From positions 78,335-142,334 of the forward strand of contig CBFIAF010000002.1 of NCBI GenBank assembly GCA_965660545.1: a stretch of 64,000 nt of DNA. The letters are read 5' to 3'. Below, piece after piece: positions 21,406 to 31,961 of this stretch. The stretch is from Alphaproteobacteria bacterium (GTDB lineage Bacteria > Pseudomonadota > Alphaproteobacteria > Bin95). Under the pieces are notes generated by a model that had not been told where the DNA came from, did no database searches, and saw only the letters and a program-made list of their open reading frames with translations. Position 1 is the stretch's first letter, and every line of letters begins with the position of its first letter. A program made the position numbers and the translations under genes.

Positions 21406-22812
21406 ATGGCCTTTGATATCCTTATGCCGGCCCTGTCGCCGACGATGACTGAGGGCAAACTTGCTCGCTGGCTCGTTAAAGAGGGCGACGACGTGATTGC
21501 CGGCGATCTGATCGCAGAGATCGAGACAGACAAAGCGACAATGGAAGTTGAAGCGGTCGACGAGGGCAAAGTCGGCAAACTCCTCGTCGAAGAAGGTGCA
21601 GAGGGTGTTGAAGTGAACGCTGTCATAGCCGTTCTCGTTGGTGCTGGTGAAGAAGCGCCGGCTGATACAGGCAAAACAGCGGCTAAGGCCTCGTCTGAAC
21701 CAATGACTGAGGCTGCTGCAGCGCCAACGGAAGCAAAGGCTGATGTCGGAGCACGCAAAAGCGACTTGGCTGGAATGGCTGTTGCGCCAACTTCAGAGAT
21801 GGACGCGGCGGAAGCCAAAGCCTATGAGGATACAAAAGAACAAACTGTTAGAGACGCTTTGCGCGACGCAATGGCGGAAGAAATGCGACGGGATGAGGAT
21901 GTGTTCCTCATGGGCGAAGAAGTCGCCGAATACCAAGGTGCCTACAAAATCAGCCAAGGCTTGCTTGATGAATTCGGGACGAAGCGCGTGGTTGACACGC
22001 CGATTACCGAACATGGTTTTGTAGGCATTGGCGTTGGCGCAGCCTTCGATGGCCTGAAGCCAATTGTTGAGTTCATGACATTCAACTTCTCTATGCAGGC
22101 GATGGATCACATCATCAACTCTGCCGCTAAGACGCTTTATATGTCCGGCGGTCAGATGGGCTGTCCGGTTGTGTTCCGCGGGCCAAATGGGGCCGCCGCG
22201 CGCGTCGCTGCCCAGCATTCCCAGTGTTATGCAAGCTGGTTTGCCCATGTGCCTGGGCTTATCGTGATTTCTCCGTATTCGGCGGGTGACGCGAAAGGCC
22301 TGTTGAAGGCTGCGATCCGCAATCCAAATCCTGTAATCTTCCTGGAGAACGAACTTCTCTACGGCCAGACATTCGACGTGCCGACAGACGACGATTTCGT
22401 GACGCCAATTGGCCGCGCCAAAGTATTGCGTGAGGGTAAAGATGTTACTATCACAGCGTTCTCACTCATGTGCCAAAAAGCGCTTGAAGCCGCCGATATC
22501 TTGGCAGATGAGGGAATTGAGGCGGAGGTGATCGACCTTCGTACCATCCGACCGCTAGATACAGATACGATTGTCCGTTCCGTGCAGAAGACCAACCGTT
22601 TGGTTTCTGTAGAGGAAGGATGGCCCTATGCAGGCATCGGTGCTGAACTCGCTGCAACGATGATGGAGAAGGCTTTTGATTGGCTGGATGCACCTGTCGT
22701 GCGTGTGGCTGGTGAAGACGTACCAATGCCGTATGCCGCGAATTTGGAAAAACTAGCGCTTGCAAGCTCGGAAGATATTGTCGCCGCTGCTAAAGCAGCA
22801 TGTTACCGCTAG
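21406..22812 (+). CDS. pdhB: Pyruvate dehydrogenase E1 beta subunit carrying an N-terminal lipoyl domain
   Basis: 468 aa. The first ~80 aa form a lipoyl domain (…[10 protein letters not shown]…), an Ala/Glu-rich linker follows, and then the transketolase-like E1-beta region. This fusion is known in alphaproteobacteria. Confidence 0.92.
   Translation: MAFDILMPALSPTMTEGKLARWLVKEGDDVIAGDLIAEIETDKATMEVEAVDEGKVGKLLVEEGAEGVEVNAVIAVLVGAGEEAPADTGKTAAKASSEPMTEAAAAPTEAKADVGARKSDLAGMAVAPTSEMDAAEAKAYEDTKEQTVRDALRDAMAEEMRRDEDVFLMGEEVAEYQGAYKISQGLLDEFGTKRVVDTPITEHGFVGIGVGAAFDGLKPIVEFMTFNFSMQAMDHIINSAAKTLYMSGGQMGCPVVFRGPNGAAARVAAQHSQCYASWFAHVPGLIVISPYSAGDAKGLLKAAIRNPNPVIFLENELLYGQTFDVPTDDDFVTPIGRAKVLREGKDVTITAFSLMCQKALEAADILADEGIEAEVIDLRTIRPLDTDTIVRSVQKTNRLVSVEEGWPYAGIGAELAATMMEKAFDWLDAPVVRVAGEDVPMPYAANLEKLALASSEDIVAAAKAACYR
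21418..21637 (+). repeat. Lipoyl-domain DNA module, copy 1 of an intra-operon duplication; copy 2 is at 22865-23084 in pdhC (~80-85% nucleotide identity)
   Basis: atccttatgccggccctgtcgccgacgatgactgagggcaaacttgctcgctggctcgttaaa… in pdhB versus atccttatgcctgccctgtcgccgacaatgaccgacggcaagctcgctcgctggctcgttaag… in pdhC. The antisense 'ORFs' 21348-21818 and 22753-23220 mirror each other because of this duplication. Confidence 0.85.
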
Positions 22813-22852
22813 CCCGCTCGGCTTCATCTGACTGACCGCCAGGAGACTGACC

Positions 22853-24241
22853 ATGGCGACGAACATCCTTATGCCTGCCCTGTCGCCGACAATGACCGAC
22901 GGCAAGCTCGCTCGCTGGCTCGTTAAGGTTGGTGATAGCGTGCGGTCCGGCGACGTAATCGCTGAGATCGAGACCGATAAAGCGACTATGGAAGTCGAAG
23001 CAGTTGATGAGGGCCAAGTGGCGCAACTCCTCGTTGATGAAGGTGCCGAAAGTGTTGCGGTAAACGCAGTGATTGCCGTTCTTGCTGAAGATGGCGAAGA
23101 TGTTGGCGGTATTGAAGCGCCAGAAGTTGCAAAGTCGTTGTTTGATTCTACAGAAGACGCTGCACCGGCTTCGGCCACGCAACAAAACCATGGCGACATT
23201 AAGGTGACGCCGCTCGCCAAGCGGATTGCGGGTCAATCTGGCGTGTCGCTGAGTGACATTTCAGGATCTGGCCCTGGCGGGAAAATCATGAAAGCCGATG
23301 TTTTGGGCGCTTTTGGCAGCAGAGCAACGTCAGCTGCTGCCGTTAATAAGGGCGACCGCTTATTTGCCAGTCCACTCGCGCGCCGTTTGGCTGCGGATAA
23401 TGACCTGCGGATTGAGAAAGTACCCGGCACTGGCCCTAGTGGCCGTATCATAAAGGCTGATATCGAACGCTTTCTGAAGGAACGTCTTCCAGCAGAGGCC
23501 AAAGCTGACGAAAAGGCTGACGCGCCCAAGTCAGCAGAGTCTTTAGGCTCGGCCGATGAGTATGAACTCATCCCGCACACATCCATGCGGAAGACAATCG
23601 CGCGCCGCTTGACTGAGTCCAAGCAGCAAGTGCCGCACTTCTATCTGACCGTAGATTGTGAAATTGATGAGCTGCTGCGCGTCCGCAAGGAAATCAACGC
23701 GCGGGCGCCAGAAGGCGTCAAAGTTTCAGTGAATGATTTTGTTATTAAGGCCATTGCAGTAGCCTTGCGGCGGGTGCCAGATGCTAATGCAAGTTGGACG
23801 GAAGAAGGTGTGCGTCGGTACAACATGGTTGATGTATCTGTCGCCGTTGCGATCCCTGGCGGTCTGATCACGCCTGTGGTCCGCGATGCAGATAAAAAGG
23901 GCTTTGCCGCGATTTCCGCGGATATGCAAGATCTCGCTAAACGAGCGCGAGACGGCAAGCTCAAACAAGATGAGTATTCTGGCGGCACGATTAGTATTTC
24001 CAACCTTGGTATGTTTGGCATTAAACAGTTCGACGCCGTCATCAACCCTCCCCAGGGCGCGATCCTTGCTGTCGGTGCAGGTGAGCAGCGGCCGGTCGTA
24101 AAAGATGGCGAGCTTGCGGTGGCGACCGTAATGTCCTGCACGATCTCCTGCGACCACCGGGTTGTGGACGGTGCGCTTGGCGCAGAACTGCTTCAGGCGT
24201 TCAAGAATGTTATTGAGTTCCCAGCTGCGATGCTGCTTTAG
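22853..24241 (+). CDS. pdhC: Dihydrolipoamide acetyltransferase (PDH E2)
   Basis: 462 aa. A lipoyl domain, two PSBD-like segments (VTPLAKRIAGQSGVSLSDISGSGPGGKIMKADV and ASPLARRLAADNDLRIEKVPGTGPSGRIIKADIERF), and a catalytic domain with DHRVVDGA. Confidence 0.92.
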   Translation: MATNILMPALSPTMTDGKLARWLVKVGDSVRSGDVIAEIETDKATMEVEAVDEGQVAQLLVDEGAESVAVNAVIAVLAEDGEDVGGIEAPEVAKSLFDSTEDAAPASATQQNHGDIKVTPLAKRIAGQSGVSLSDISGSGPGGKIMKADVLGAFGSRATSAAAVNKGDRLFASPLARRLAADNDLRIEKVPGTGPSGRIIKADIERFLKERLPAEAKADEKADAPKSAESLGSADEYELIPHTSMRKTIARRLTESKQQVPHFYLTVDCEIDELLRVRKEINARAPEGVKVSVNDFVIKAIAVALRRVPDANASWTEEGVRRYNMVDVSVAVAIPGGLITPVVRDADKKGFAAISADMQDLAKRARDGKLKQDEYSGGTISISNLGMFGIKQFDAVINPPQGAILAVGAGEQRPVVKDGELAVATVMSCTISCDHRVVDGALGAELLQAFKNVIEFPAAMLL

Positions 24242-24287
24242 ATTCTGATTTCTGCCCTTATCAGCCACGATTGGAAGGAATAGAGCC

Positions 24288-25676
24288 ATGGCGGATGCCG
24301 AATTTGATCTGATTGTGATCGGCGGCGGCCCTGGCGGCTATGTCGCCGCAATTCGCGCTGCCCAGTTGGGTATGAAAACAGCCTTGGTTGAGCGTGAGGA
24401 CCTTGGCGGTATTTGCTTGAATTGGGGATGTATTCCAACAAAAGCGTTGCTGCGGTCATCAGAAGTTTGGCACCTCATGCAGAACCTTAGTGATTTCGGC
24501 ATGTCCGCAGACAATATCAGGTTTGATATCGGCGCTGTCGTCAGTCGCTCTCGCGGCGTTGCCAAGCAGCTTTCTGGTGGTATTGGCCATCTGCTAAAGA
24601 AGAATAAAGTCATGGTCTTTAATGGCGCTGGTAAGTTGGATGGCGCTGGCAAAGTCTTGGTTGATGGCGATAAATCTATCACTGCGAAGAACGTCATCGT
24701 AGCAACAGGTGCGCGCGCGCGCTCACTACCTGGGCTGGAAGCTGACGGTGACCGGGTATGGACGTACCGTGAAGCAATGGTACCGAAGGTGATGCCAAAG
24801 TCCCTGCTAGTCGTTGGTTCTGGTGCGATCGGCGTGGAGTTTGCTAGCTTCTACAATGATCTTGGTGCCGCTGTCACAGTCGTTGAGATAATGGATCGTG
24901 TTCTGCCGGTCGAGGATTCTGAAATTTCAGCAATGGCGCGTAAGTCCTTTGAAAAGCAGGGGATGCGCATTGTGACTGAGGCTAAAGTTACTGAGTTGGA
25001 GCATGGCCAAACCGGCGTTAAAGCAACCTTAGAGACCAAAGACGGCGTTGAGACCATCGTAGCCGAATACGTGATCATGGCTGTAGGCATTATCGGCAAT
25101 ACAGAAGATGTTGGCCTTGATACGACCAAGGTTGAGGTTGATCGTGGCCACATCAAGACCAATGCATGGAATGAGACAGCAGAGCCAGGTGTTTACGCCA
25201 TTGGCGATGTGACGGGCCCGCCTTGGCTTGCCCATAAAGCCAGCCATGAGGGTGTTATCTGTGTCGAGAAGATTGCAGGGCTTGAAGGTCTGCACCCAAT
25301 GGATAAAGCAAAGATTCCTGGCTGCACTTATGCCCGTCCGCAGGTCGCAAGTATTGGAATGACTGAGGCTGCTGCTAAAGATGCCGGTCATCAGGTTAAA
25401 GTTGGCAAGTTTCCGTTCATGGGTAATGGCAAAGCCATCGCACTAGGTGACCCAGAAGGCATGGTCAAGACGGTGTTCGACGCCAAAACGGGCGAATTGC
25501 TTGGCGCACATATGATCGGCGCAGAGGTGACGGAGCTGATACAAGGTTATGTTGTCGCCCAAAGGCTGGAAACGACCGAGGCCGAATTGATGCATACTGT
25601 CTTCCCGCATCCAACATTATCGGAAATGATGCACGAATCAGTGCTTGACGCCTACGGTCGCGCGATCCATTTCTAA
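24288..25676 (+). CDS. lpdA: Dihydrolipoyl dehydrogenase (E3)
   Basis: 462 aa. FAD-binding motif ([11 protein letters not shown]) and the redox-disulfide motif [13 protein letters not shown]. Confidence 0.95.
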   Translation: MADAEFDLIVIGGGPGGYVAAIRAAQLGMKTALVEREDLGGICLNWGCIPTKALLRSSEVWHLMQNLSDFGMSADNIRFDIGAVVSRSRGVAKQLSGGIGHLLKKNKVMVFNGAGKLDGAGKVLVDGDKSITAKNVIVATGARARSLPGLEADGDRVWTYREAMVPKVMPKSLLVVGSGAIGVEFASFYNDLGAAVTVVEIMDRVLPVEDSEISAMARKSFEKQGMRIVTEAKVTELEHGQTGVKATLETKDGVETIVAEYVIMAVGIIGNTEDVGLDTTKVEVDRGHIKTNAWNETAEPGVYAIGDVTGPPWLAHKASHEGVICVEKIAGLEGLHPMDKAKIPGCTYARPQVASIGMTEAAAKDAGHQVKVGKFPFMGNGKAIALGDPEGMVKTVFDAKTGELLGAHMIGAEVTELIQGYVVAQRLETTEAELMHTVFPHPTLSEMMHESVLDAYGRAIHF

Positions 25677-25680
25677 GGCT

Positions 25681-26652
25681 ATGACCGTAGAATCTTCAGA
25701 AATCGTAGCGCCATCAGCCGCGGCCCTTCGCCATCCGGAGAAGCGCAACCGGCCAGAGACAGCGCCTAAGCGGAAGCCGGACTGGATCCGGGTGAAAGCG
25801 CCTGTATCTAAAGAATACCAGAAGACGCGCGGTATTGTGCGCGATAACAATCTTGTCACGGTTTGCGAAGAAGCGTCTTGCCCGAATATTGGCGAATGCT
25901 GGGGCCAACGTCACGCGACCATGATGATTATGGGTGCTATCTGCACTCGTGCCTGCGCCTTCTGTAATGTTGCAACGGGTCGGCCTGGTGCGCTGGATGT
26001 TATGGAACCGGCTAAGGTTGCGAACGCGGTGGCGCAGCTTGGTCTTAAGCACGTGGTCATCACGTCCGTCGATAGGGATGATTTGCCGGATGGTGGTGCG
26101 CAGCACTTTGCCCGGACCATCTATCACATCCGCGACAAAGCGCCAGAGACGACGATTGAAGTCCTGACGCCTGATTTTTTGAAAAAAGAACGTGCGCTTG
26201 AAGTCGTTGTGCGCGCAAGGCCAGATGTGTTCAACCACAATCTGGAAACGGTTCCACGCCTTTATCCGAGTGTGAGGCCTGGTGCCCGCTACTATCACAG
26301 TCTTCGTTTGCTGGATCAGGTAAAGCAACTTGATCCGTCGATTTTCACGAAGTCTGGCCTTATGGTTGGCCTCGGTGAAGAGCCGGATGAAGTGCTGCAG
26401 GTAATGGATGATATGCGCGCTGCTGAGGTGGATTTCTTGACCGTCGGCCAGTATCTCCAGCCAACGCCAAAGCATCACCCGTTGGACCGTTTCGTAACGC
26501 CGGATGAATTCAAAGCTTTTGCGCAAAGCGCAGGGGGCAAAGGGTTTTTGTTGGCCTCCTCTACGCCTTTAACCCGCTCTTCCTATCACGCAGATGCGGA
26601 TTTTGCGGCATTGCGAGTTGCACGTGAAGCAAAGTTGGCGGCGCGTAACTGA
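25681..26652 (+). CDS. lipA: Lipoyl synthase
   Basis: [13 protein letters not shown] and [10 protein letters not shown] radical-SAM and auxiliary-cluster cysteine motifs. The track ORF 25645 overlaps lpdA; ATG 25681 lies 5 nt after the lpdA stop. Confidence 0.93.
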   Translation: MTVESSEIVAPSAAALRHPEKRNRPETAPKRKPDWIRVKAPVSKEYQKTRGIVRDNNLVTVCEEASCPNIGECWGQRHATMMIMGAICTRACAFCNVATGRPGALDVMEPAKVANAVAQLGLKHVVITSVDRDDLPDGGAQHFARTIYHIRDKAPETTIEVLTPDFLKKERALEVVVRARPDVFNHNLETVPRLYPSVRPGARYYHSLRLLDQVKQLDPSIFTKSGLMVGLGEEPDEVLQVMDDMRAAEVDFLTVGQYLQPTPKHHPLDRFVTPDEFKAFAQSAGGKGFLLASSTPLTRSSYHADADFAALRVAREAKLAARN

Positions 26653-27089
26653 TGCCATTTCATGCCGAGCGAAAATTCCTGCCTTACCGCAGGGACGATA
26701 TGTTTGCGCTCGTCGCGGACGTTGCGAAGTATCCAGAATTTTTACCTTGGTGCATGGCAGCACGGGTGCGCCCGTTGGCCGAGCAGACGTTTGAAGCTGA
26801 TCTTGTCATCGGCTTTAAAATGGTGCGGGAAACATTCACATCCAGGGTGGATTTAAATCCGCCAGATTTGGTTGACGTCACTTACACCAAAGGCCCTATG
26901 CGCCACTTGAATAACCGTTGGCTCATTGAGGAAGCGGAAGGTGGGTGCATGGTCGATTTCAAGTTGGATTTTGAGTTCAAATCTGTACTGCTCCGCAAAC
27001 TAATTGGGCCACTGTTCGGCGAAGCTGTGCGAAGGATGGTCGCTGCTTTTGAAAGCCGTGCGTCAGAAACTTGTGAACGTATAAGTTAG
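26652..27089 (+). CDS. SRPBCC-family protein (polyketide cyclase/dehydrase fold; 'RatA/Coq10-like')
   Basis: 145 aa. The [34 protein letters not shown]… N-terminus is typical of the RatA/YfjG/Coq10 SRPBCC family. Translationally coupled to lipA (TGATG). No antitoxin partner is present. Confidence 0.7.
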   Translation: MPFHAERKFLPYRRDDMFALVADVAKYPEFLPWCMAARVRPLAEQTFEADLVIGFKMVRETFTSRVDLNPPDLVDVTYTKGPMRHLNNRWLIEEAEGGCMVDFKLDFEFKSVLLRKLIGPLFGEAVRRMVAAFESRASETCERIS

Positions 27090-27592
27090 CGTTTCGCCGC
27101 TGCCATAGTCAGTTCTAGCGCACGAATCACTGTTTTTTGGCGGACAGCGCGCCTGTCGCCCGGAAACAATTTGCACTCTGTTAAAGCTGGCTCGCCGCGA
27201 CGTTCTACGGCAATCCAGACTGTGCCGACTGGTTTATCTTTGGATCCTCCGCCCGGCCCTGCAACACCGCTCACTGCGACAGCGATATCCGCATCGTCGC
27301 CAGCTGCATTTAACGCGCCGGCAGTCATTTGCCGAACCGTCGCTTGGCTAACAGCGCCGTCACTCTCGAGCGTTGCGGACGAAACGCCCAGCATCGTCAT
27401 TTTGGCTCCATTGGAATAAGTGATGAATCCCCGCCCAACGACGTCAGACGAACCGCCAATTTCCGTCAGCGCGCCGATAATAAGGCCGCCTGTGCAGGAT
27501 TCAGCCGTCGTCACACGCAATCCGGCAGACCGGCAAGCATCCAGCGTCATGGTCGCCAATACATCTAAGTTAGGCCAACGTTTATCAAGCAT
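27086..27592 (-). CDS. CinA-family protein (nicotinamide-nucleotide amidohydrolase PncC-like C-terminal domain)
   Basis: 168 aa. …TTAESCTGGLI… motif. Its stop codon overlaps the stop of the convergent SRPBCC gene. Confidence 0.8.
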   Translation of the reverse strand: MLDKRWPNLDVLATMTLDACRSAGLRVTTAESCTGGLIIGALTEIGGSSDVVGRGFITYSNGAKMTMLGVSSATLESDGAVSQATVRQMTAGALNAAGDDADIAVAVSGVAGPGGGSKDKPVGTVWIAVERRGEPALTECKLFPGDRRAVRQKTVIRALELTMAAAKR

Positions 27593-28078
27593 CTACCATG
27601 CTCCCCCATAGTCTAGGGCCAAGACGCCCACAACCGCATACAAGCCCGCGACGATATCATCGGCCATAACACCGAAGGCGCTCGTCGATGTCCGATCGAT
27701 AAGGCTGCAAGGCCAGGGTTTTAGGATATCGGCTGCACGGAACAGGATAAAGGCTGCTAGGTATGGCAGAAACCCAATCGGAACGAACGCCAACGGCACA
27801 AGCTGGCCCGCAACTTCGTCAATAACAACTTCGCCGGGGTCATGGCTTCCACCATCATTGATATATCGTCCGGTCTCCCGGACGCCGATGAGAAATATGA
27901 TCACGGCAAGCGCTAGCACCGCATAAGCTCCGTCCCAGTATGCGGCCGCTAATCCGAAGGGTAAGGCTGCAAGCGAGCCAAATGTCCCTGGCGCTTTCGG
28001 CGCTAAACCAGCACCAAACCATAGCGCCAGAATGCCACCAGGCCGCCATAACCGGTGTTTGACGGGTATTTCATTCAT
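27593..28078 (-). CDS. pgpA: Phosphatidylglycerophosphatase A
   Basis: 161 aa. …[11 protein letters not shown]… PgpA signature and membrane segments. Confidence 0.85.
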   Translation of the reverse strand: MNEIPVKHRLWRPGGILALWFGAGLAPKAPGTFGSLAALPFGLAAAYWDGAYAVLALAVIIFLIGVRETGRYINDGGSHDPGEVVIDEVAGQLVPLAFVPIGFLPYLAAFILFRAADILKPWPCSLIDRTSTSAFGVMADDIVAGLYAVVGVLALDYGGAW

Positions 28079-29226
28079 AGCAGGACCGTTGCCGTAGCTA
28101 ACGCAGCAATGCCTTCCTTGCGGCCAGTGAAGCCCAGGCGCTCACTGGTGGTGGCCTTAACGCTGATCCTGTCTAAGCCGATGCTCAGAATGTTTGCCAT
28201 CCGCGCCTGCATTGCATCCCGGTGTGGGCCGATCTTCGGTTCTTCGCATACGATAGTGAGGTCTAGGTGCGCCAATTGTCCACCGCGGGCTTCAACCAAC
28301 CGTAGGGCCTCGCGTAGGAATATTTCGGAGTCGGCACCCTTCCATTGTGGATCGCTAGGTGGAAAGTGCGCGCCGATATCGCCAGCAGCAATTGCGCCCA
28401 AGATTGCGTCAGTTGCAGCGTGCATAGCAACATCTGAGTCTGAATGCCCTGCAAGCCCTTGGCTATGCAAAATGTCCACGCCACATAAGGTAACGTGGTC
28501 GCCGGATCCAAAGGCATGGACATCATAACCATTGCCGACGCGAGGGGCGGCAGATAGCAGGCGTTCCAGCATCTTCTTATCAGCCTCCGTCGTTAGTTTA
28601 TGCAGAAGGGGCGAGCCTTCGACGATCGCGGCAATGTCGCCAGCCAAGCGGACCATCGAAATATCGTCTGTGGCGCCTGCATTTGTGTGGGCGCGATGCG
28701 CTGCCAATATTTTGTTGAAGCGGAAGCCTTGGGGCGTTTGGACCTGGACTAATCCTTCCCTGGGTATAGGCGCATCGATCAGGCCATCGAATGTGCGCGT
28801 CAGGGTATCAGCGATTTGTAAGGCAGGAGTCGCCGCCTGAGAGGTCTCAAGCGCATCAAGGACACGGTGGATCACTACGGATGGGATGATCGGACGGGCG
28901 GCGTCGTGGATTAGAACCAAGTCCGGCTGATGTGGCCCCGCAAGTGCTTCCAACCCGGCTCTTACACTATCTTGCCGGGTGGCACCGCCGGGAATAGGCG
29001 GGTTCGATCGCAGTCCTTTTGTCGCGTCTAGATAGAGATCATGCGCGTCAAGGCTGACAACGGCTTCCACTTGGTCGACGCGTGGGTGCGCTGTAAATGA
29101 TTGGATCGCGCGCCGAAGAGCGCTTGGACCGCCTGCCAGTGGAAGGTATTGCTTGGGTATGCGGCTGCCAAGCCGTTTACCAGCCCCAGCAGCCATAATT
29201 AATGCGGCCACCTTTGACCTCGACAT
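28075..29226 (-). CDS. ispDF: Bifunctional 2-C-methyl-D-erythritol 4-phosphate cytidylyltransferase / 2-C-methyl-D-erythritol 2,4-cyclodiphosphate synthase
   Basis: 383 aa. N-terminal IspD ([13 protein letters not shown]…) and C-terminal IspF (…[36 protein letters not shown]…). The fused form is typical of alphaproteobacteria. Confidence 0.93.
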   Translation of the reverse strand: MSRSKVAALIMAAGAGKRLGSRIPKQYLPLAGGPSALRRAIQSFTAHPRVDQVEAVVSLDAHDLYLDATKGLRSNPPIPGGATRQDSVRAGLEALAGPHQPDLVLIHDAARPIIPSVVIHRVLDALETSQAATPALQIADTLTRTFDGLIDAPIPREGLVQVQTPQGFRFNKILAAHRAHTNAGATDDISMVRLAGDIAAIVEGSPLLHKLTTEADKKMLERLLSAAPRVGNGYDVHAFGSGDHVTLCGVDILHSQGLAGHSDSDVAMHAATDAILGAIAAGDIGAHFPPSDPQWKGADSEIFLREALRLVEARGGQLAHLDLTIVCEEPKIGPHRDAMQARMANILSIGLDRISVKATTSERLGFTGRKEGIAALATATVLL

Positions 29227-29368
29227 CTACGTGTCCTTTTATCTTGTGGGTTTGGAAGCTTGATAATGGATTTCGCCGCGGAGGGGTAGCCAGAATGATA
29301 AAATGCCTATAAAATGAACTGAAATCAAATTGCTTACTTATTAGGCGTTTTCATAAGGCATAGAACCT

Positions 29369-30466
29369 ATGGCGGCAGCCAATGCGAATGATGTGATTTA
29401 CGCGCTTCCAGCAGCAGTGCTTGTTGTGGAGGTTCGCGGCATTATCCGGTTGGTAAATGCGGCCGCCGAATCACTACTGCAGCAAAGCGCAGCGCATCTT
29501 GAAGGCCAAGATCTGGATATGGTCTTCGGTCGCGATAGCACTATTGCGTCGCTGGTGCGCCAGACCGCTGAGGAACTGGCACCAATGGCGGAATTCGATG
29601 TGCAGCTGACGACTGCCCGAACACGGACTGACCGGGTCGCTATCTCAACAGCGCCGCTTTTGTCTGATGATCCAAACCAGCCACCAGATATCATTATCCA
29701 GTTCGCAGCGACATCCATTGTGCAACGGGTTGATCAGCAAATGCGCCGACAGGGCGCTGCGCGCTCGGCATCAGGGATGGTGGCAGTACTGGCGCACGAG
29801 GTCCGCAACCCGCTGGCTGGCATCAAGGGCGCGGCGCAAATCTTGGAACCATCACTGGATGCCGAGGATCGGGAATTGACGCAGTTGATCGCGGATGAGG
29901 TCGACCGCATCACCAATTTGATTGAACGGATGGATGTGTTCGCTAATGTTGGCCCAGTTGCCCATCAGCCTGTGAACATTCATGAGCCACTAGACCGCGC
30001 TCGTCGCGTGCTGGGAACTGGTGGCGCTTTCGAGGGCTTGCGGATTGTCGAGCAATACGACCCATCACTTCCACCTGTACGCGGTGATTTTGAAGGCTTG
30101 GTGCAGGTTTTCATGAACTTGATTAAGAATGCGATTGACGCTGCACGTGAAGGCGGCGGTGAGGTCGTGCTGCGTACAAGTTATCGCCACGGTCTGCGCT
30201 TGTCTGGCGATAATCGGCGTGAGTCTGGCGCGCTTCCGATCGAGATCGTCATTCAGGATAATGGTCCGGGTATTCCTGAAGATCTGCAACGGATTGTCTT
30301 CGATCCATTTGTTACGACGAAGGATTCCGGACAGGGTTTGGGTCTCGCTATGGTGGCAAAGATCATCGGCGACCATGGCGGCGCAGTCGAATTCGAAAGC
30401 GAACCACGCCAGACAATATTCACGGTTCACTTGCCGCTATTCATAGAGACGGAGGCCAAGCCATGA
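29369..30466 (+). CDS. ntrB: Nitrogen regulation sensor histidine kinase NtrB
   Basis: 365 aa. PAS domain, H-box [20 protein letters not shown], and an HATPase domain (…DNGPGIPED…GLGLAMV…). Directly followed by ntrC. Confidence 0.88.
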   Translation: MAAANANDVIYALPAAVLVVEVRGIIRLVNAAAESLLQQSAAHLEGQDLDMVFGRDSTIASLVRQTAEELAPMAEFDVQLTTARTRTDRVAISTAPLLSDDPNQPPDIIIQFAATSIVQRVDQQMRRQGAARSASGMVAVLAHEVRNPLAGIKGAAQILEPSLDAEDRELTQLIADEVDRITNLIERMDVFANVGPVAHQPVNIHEPLDRARRVLGTGGAFEGLRIVEQYDPSLPPVRGDFEGLVQVFMNLIKNAIDAAREGGGEVVLRTSYRHGLRLSGDNRRESGALPIEIVIQDNGPGIPEDLQRIVFDPFVTTKDSGQGLGLAMVAKIIGDHGGAVEFESEPRQTIFTVHLPLFIETEAKP

Positions 30467-31935
30467 GCAAGGGTGTCATTTTACTGGCGGATGATGATCG
30501 GTCCATCCGCACCGTTCTGACCCATGCGTTCATGCGCGCAGGGTATGAGGTTAAATCTACCGGCGTTGCAGCAATGCTCTGGAAGTGGGTGGCGAACGGA
30601 CTGGGTGATCTGGTCGTGACAGACGTCAAGATGCCAGATGAAAACGGCTTAGACCTACTGGTTAAAATCCAAAAGGCCCGGCCGAATCTGCGTGTTATTG
30701 TCGTAAGCGGCCAAAATACGTTGTTGACCGCGATTCAAGCGACGGAACGCGGTGCGTTTGAGTATTTCACGAAACCATTTGATATGCGGGAATTGCTCGG
30801 CACCGTTGACCGTGCATTCTCTGAGCCGACCATTTCAGCGAATGCGCCGTACCCAGCAACTGACGAAGAGGAACGACTGCCGCTGAAAGGCCGGTCGCCT
30901 GCGATGCAAGATGTATATCGCGTGCTGGCGCGACTGATGGGTGCCGACCTTTCAGTACTGATCACTGGCGAGTCGGGTACTGGCAAGGAGCTTGCCGCTC
31001 GCGCGCTTCACGAGTTTGGGCCACGCAAGCATGCGCCGTTTCTCGCGATAAATATGGCCGCGATTCCAAAAGACTTGATCGAAAGCGAGCTTTTTGGGCA
31101 TGAGCGGGGTGCTTTTACAGGTGCTGCCACTAGGGCGGCTGGTAAGTTCGAGCAGGCCGAAGGTGGCACCTTGTTTCTCGATGAAATCGGGGACATGCCG
31201 CACGAGGCGCAGACCAGATTGCTCCGTGTTTTACAACAAGGTGAATATGTCCCGATTGGTGCCGCGAAGCCGATACGGACGAATGTGCGTATCGTCTCCG
31301 CGACGCACCGGGATCTTCGCCAATTGGTTCAGCAGGGGACATTCAGGGAAGACTTGTTCTATCGCTTAAATGTTGTGCCAGTGCGATTGCCGCCGCTCCG
31401 CGAGCGTAAGGAAGATATTCCGGAACTCGTGACGCACTTTATTGCAAGCTGCGTGCGCCTTGGCCTGCCGGGACGAACGCTTTCAGAAGGTGCGATGGCG
31501 GCGCTCAAGGAGCATTCCTGGCCTGGAAATGTGCGTGAGCTGGAAAATCTCATAAGACGTGTTGTTGTTATGGCGCCAGAGGAGACGGTGCCTGCCGAGA
31601 CGATTAGAGAAATATTTCAAGAGCAATCAGCCCCGATGTATGGTGGCGGTGGCATTTCGGGTGAGCTAGCAGGCGGGGAAACGCTCGAAGAAATCGCTGA
31701 CGCGTTCCTCACCCGATATTTCGCGGATATGGGCGGTGATCTACCAGAACCAGGCCTGCACAGTCGAATTCTTGATCAGTTAGAGGCACCGTTGATCGCA
31801 CATGCACTCTCTGCTGTTGGCGGGAATCAAATTCGTGCAGCAGATTTGCTTGGGATAAATCGCAATACTCTTAGAAAAAAGATACGCATACTTGGCGTTC
31901 CTGTGCTTAAGAAGGGCGTCAGGGTCCGTATTTAG
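30463..31935 (+). CDS. ntrC: Nitrogen regulation response regulator NtrC (sigma-54 activator)
   Basis: 490 aa. Receiver domain ([14 protein letters not shown]), AAA+ domain ([21 protein letters not shown]) and a C-terminal HTH. Confidence 0.92.
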   Translation: MSKGVILLADDDRSIRTVLTHAFMRAGYEVKSTGVAAMLWKWVANGLGDLVVTDVKMPDENGLDLLVKIQKARPNLRVIVVSGQNTLLTAIQATERGAFEYFTKPFDMRELLGTVDRAFSEPTISANAPYPATDEEERLPLKGRSPAMQDVYRVLARLMGADLSVLITGESGTGKELAARALHEFGPRKHAPFLAINMAAIPKDLIESELFGHERGAFTGAATRAAGKFEQAEGGTLFLDEIGDMPHEAQTRLLRVLQQGEYVPIGAAKPIRTNVRIVSATHRDLRQLVQQGTFREDLFYRLNVVPVRLPPLRERKEDIPELVTHFIASCVRLGLPGRTLSEGAMAALKEHSWPGNVRELENLIRRVVVMAPEETVPAETIREIFQEQSAPMYGGGGISGELAGGETLEEIADAFLTRYFADMGGDLPEPGLHSRILDQLEAPLIAHALSAVGGNQIRAADLLGINRNTLRKKIRILGVPVLKKGVRVRI

Positions 31936-31961
31936 TCTCCATCGCGGTTGAGACGGGCCGT

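Noticed and set aside
26652-27089. 'RatA toxin' as part of a toxin-antitoxin module
   Set aside because: This is the conserved SRPBCC gene coupled to lipA (a Coq10/RatA-like fold). No small antitoxin ORF is adjacent, and the downstream gene is a convergent cinA. Treated as a housekeeping SRPBCC protein and not as a TA system.
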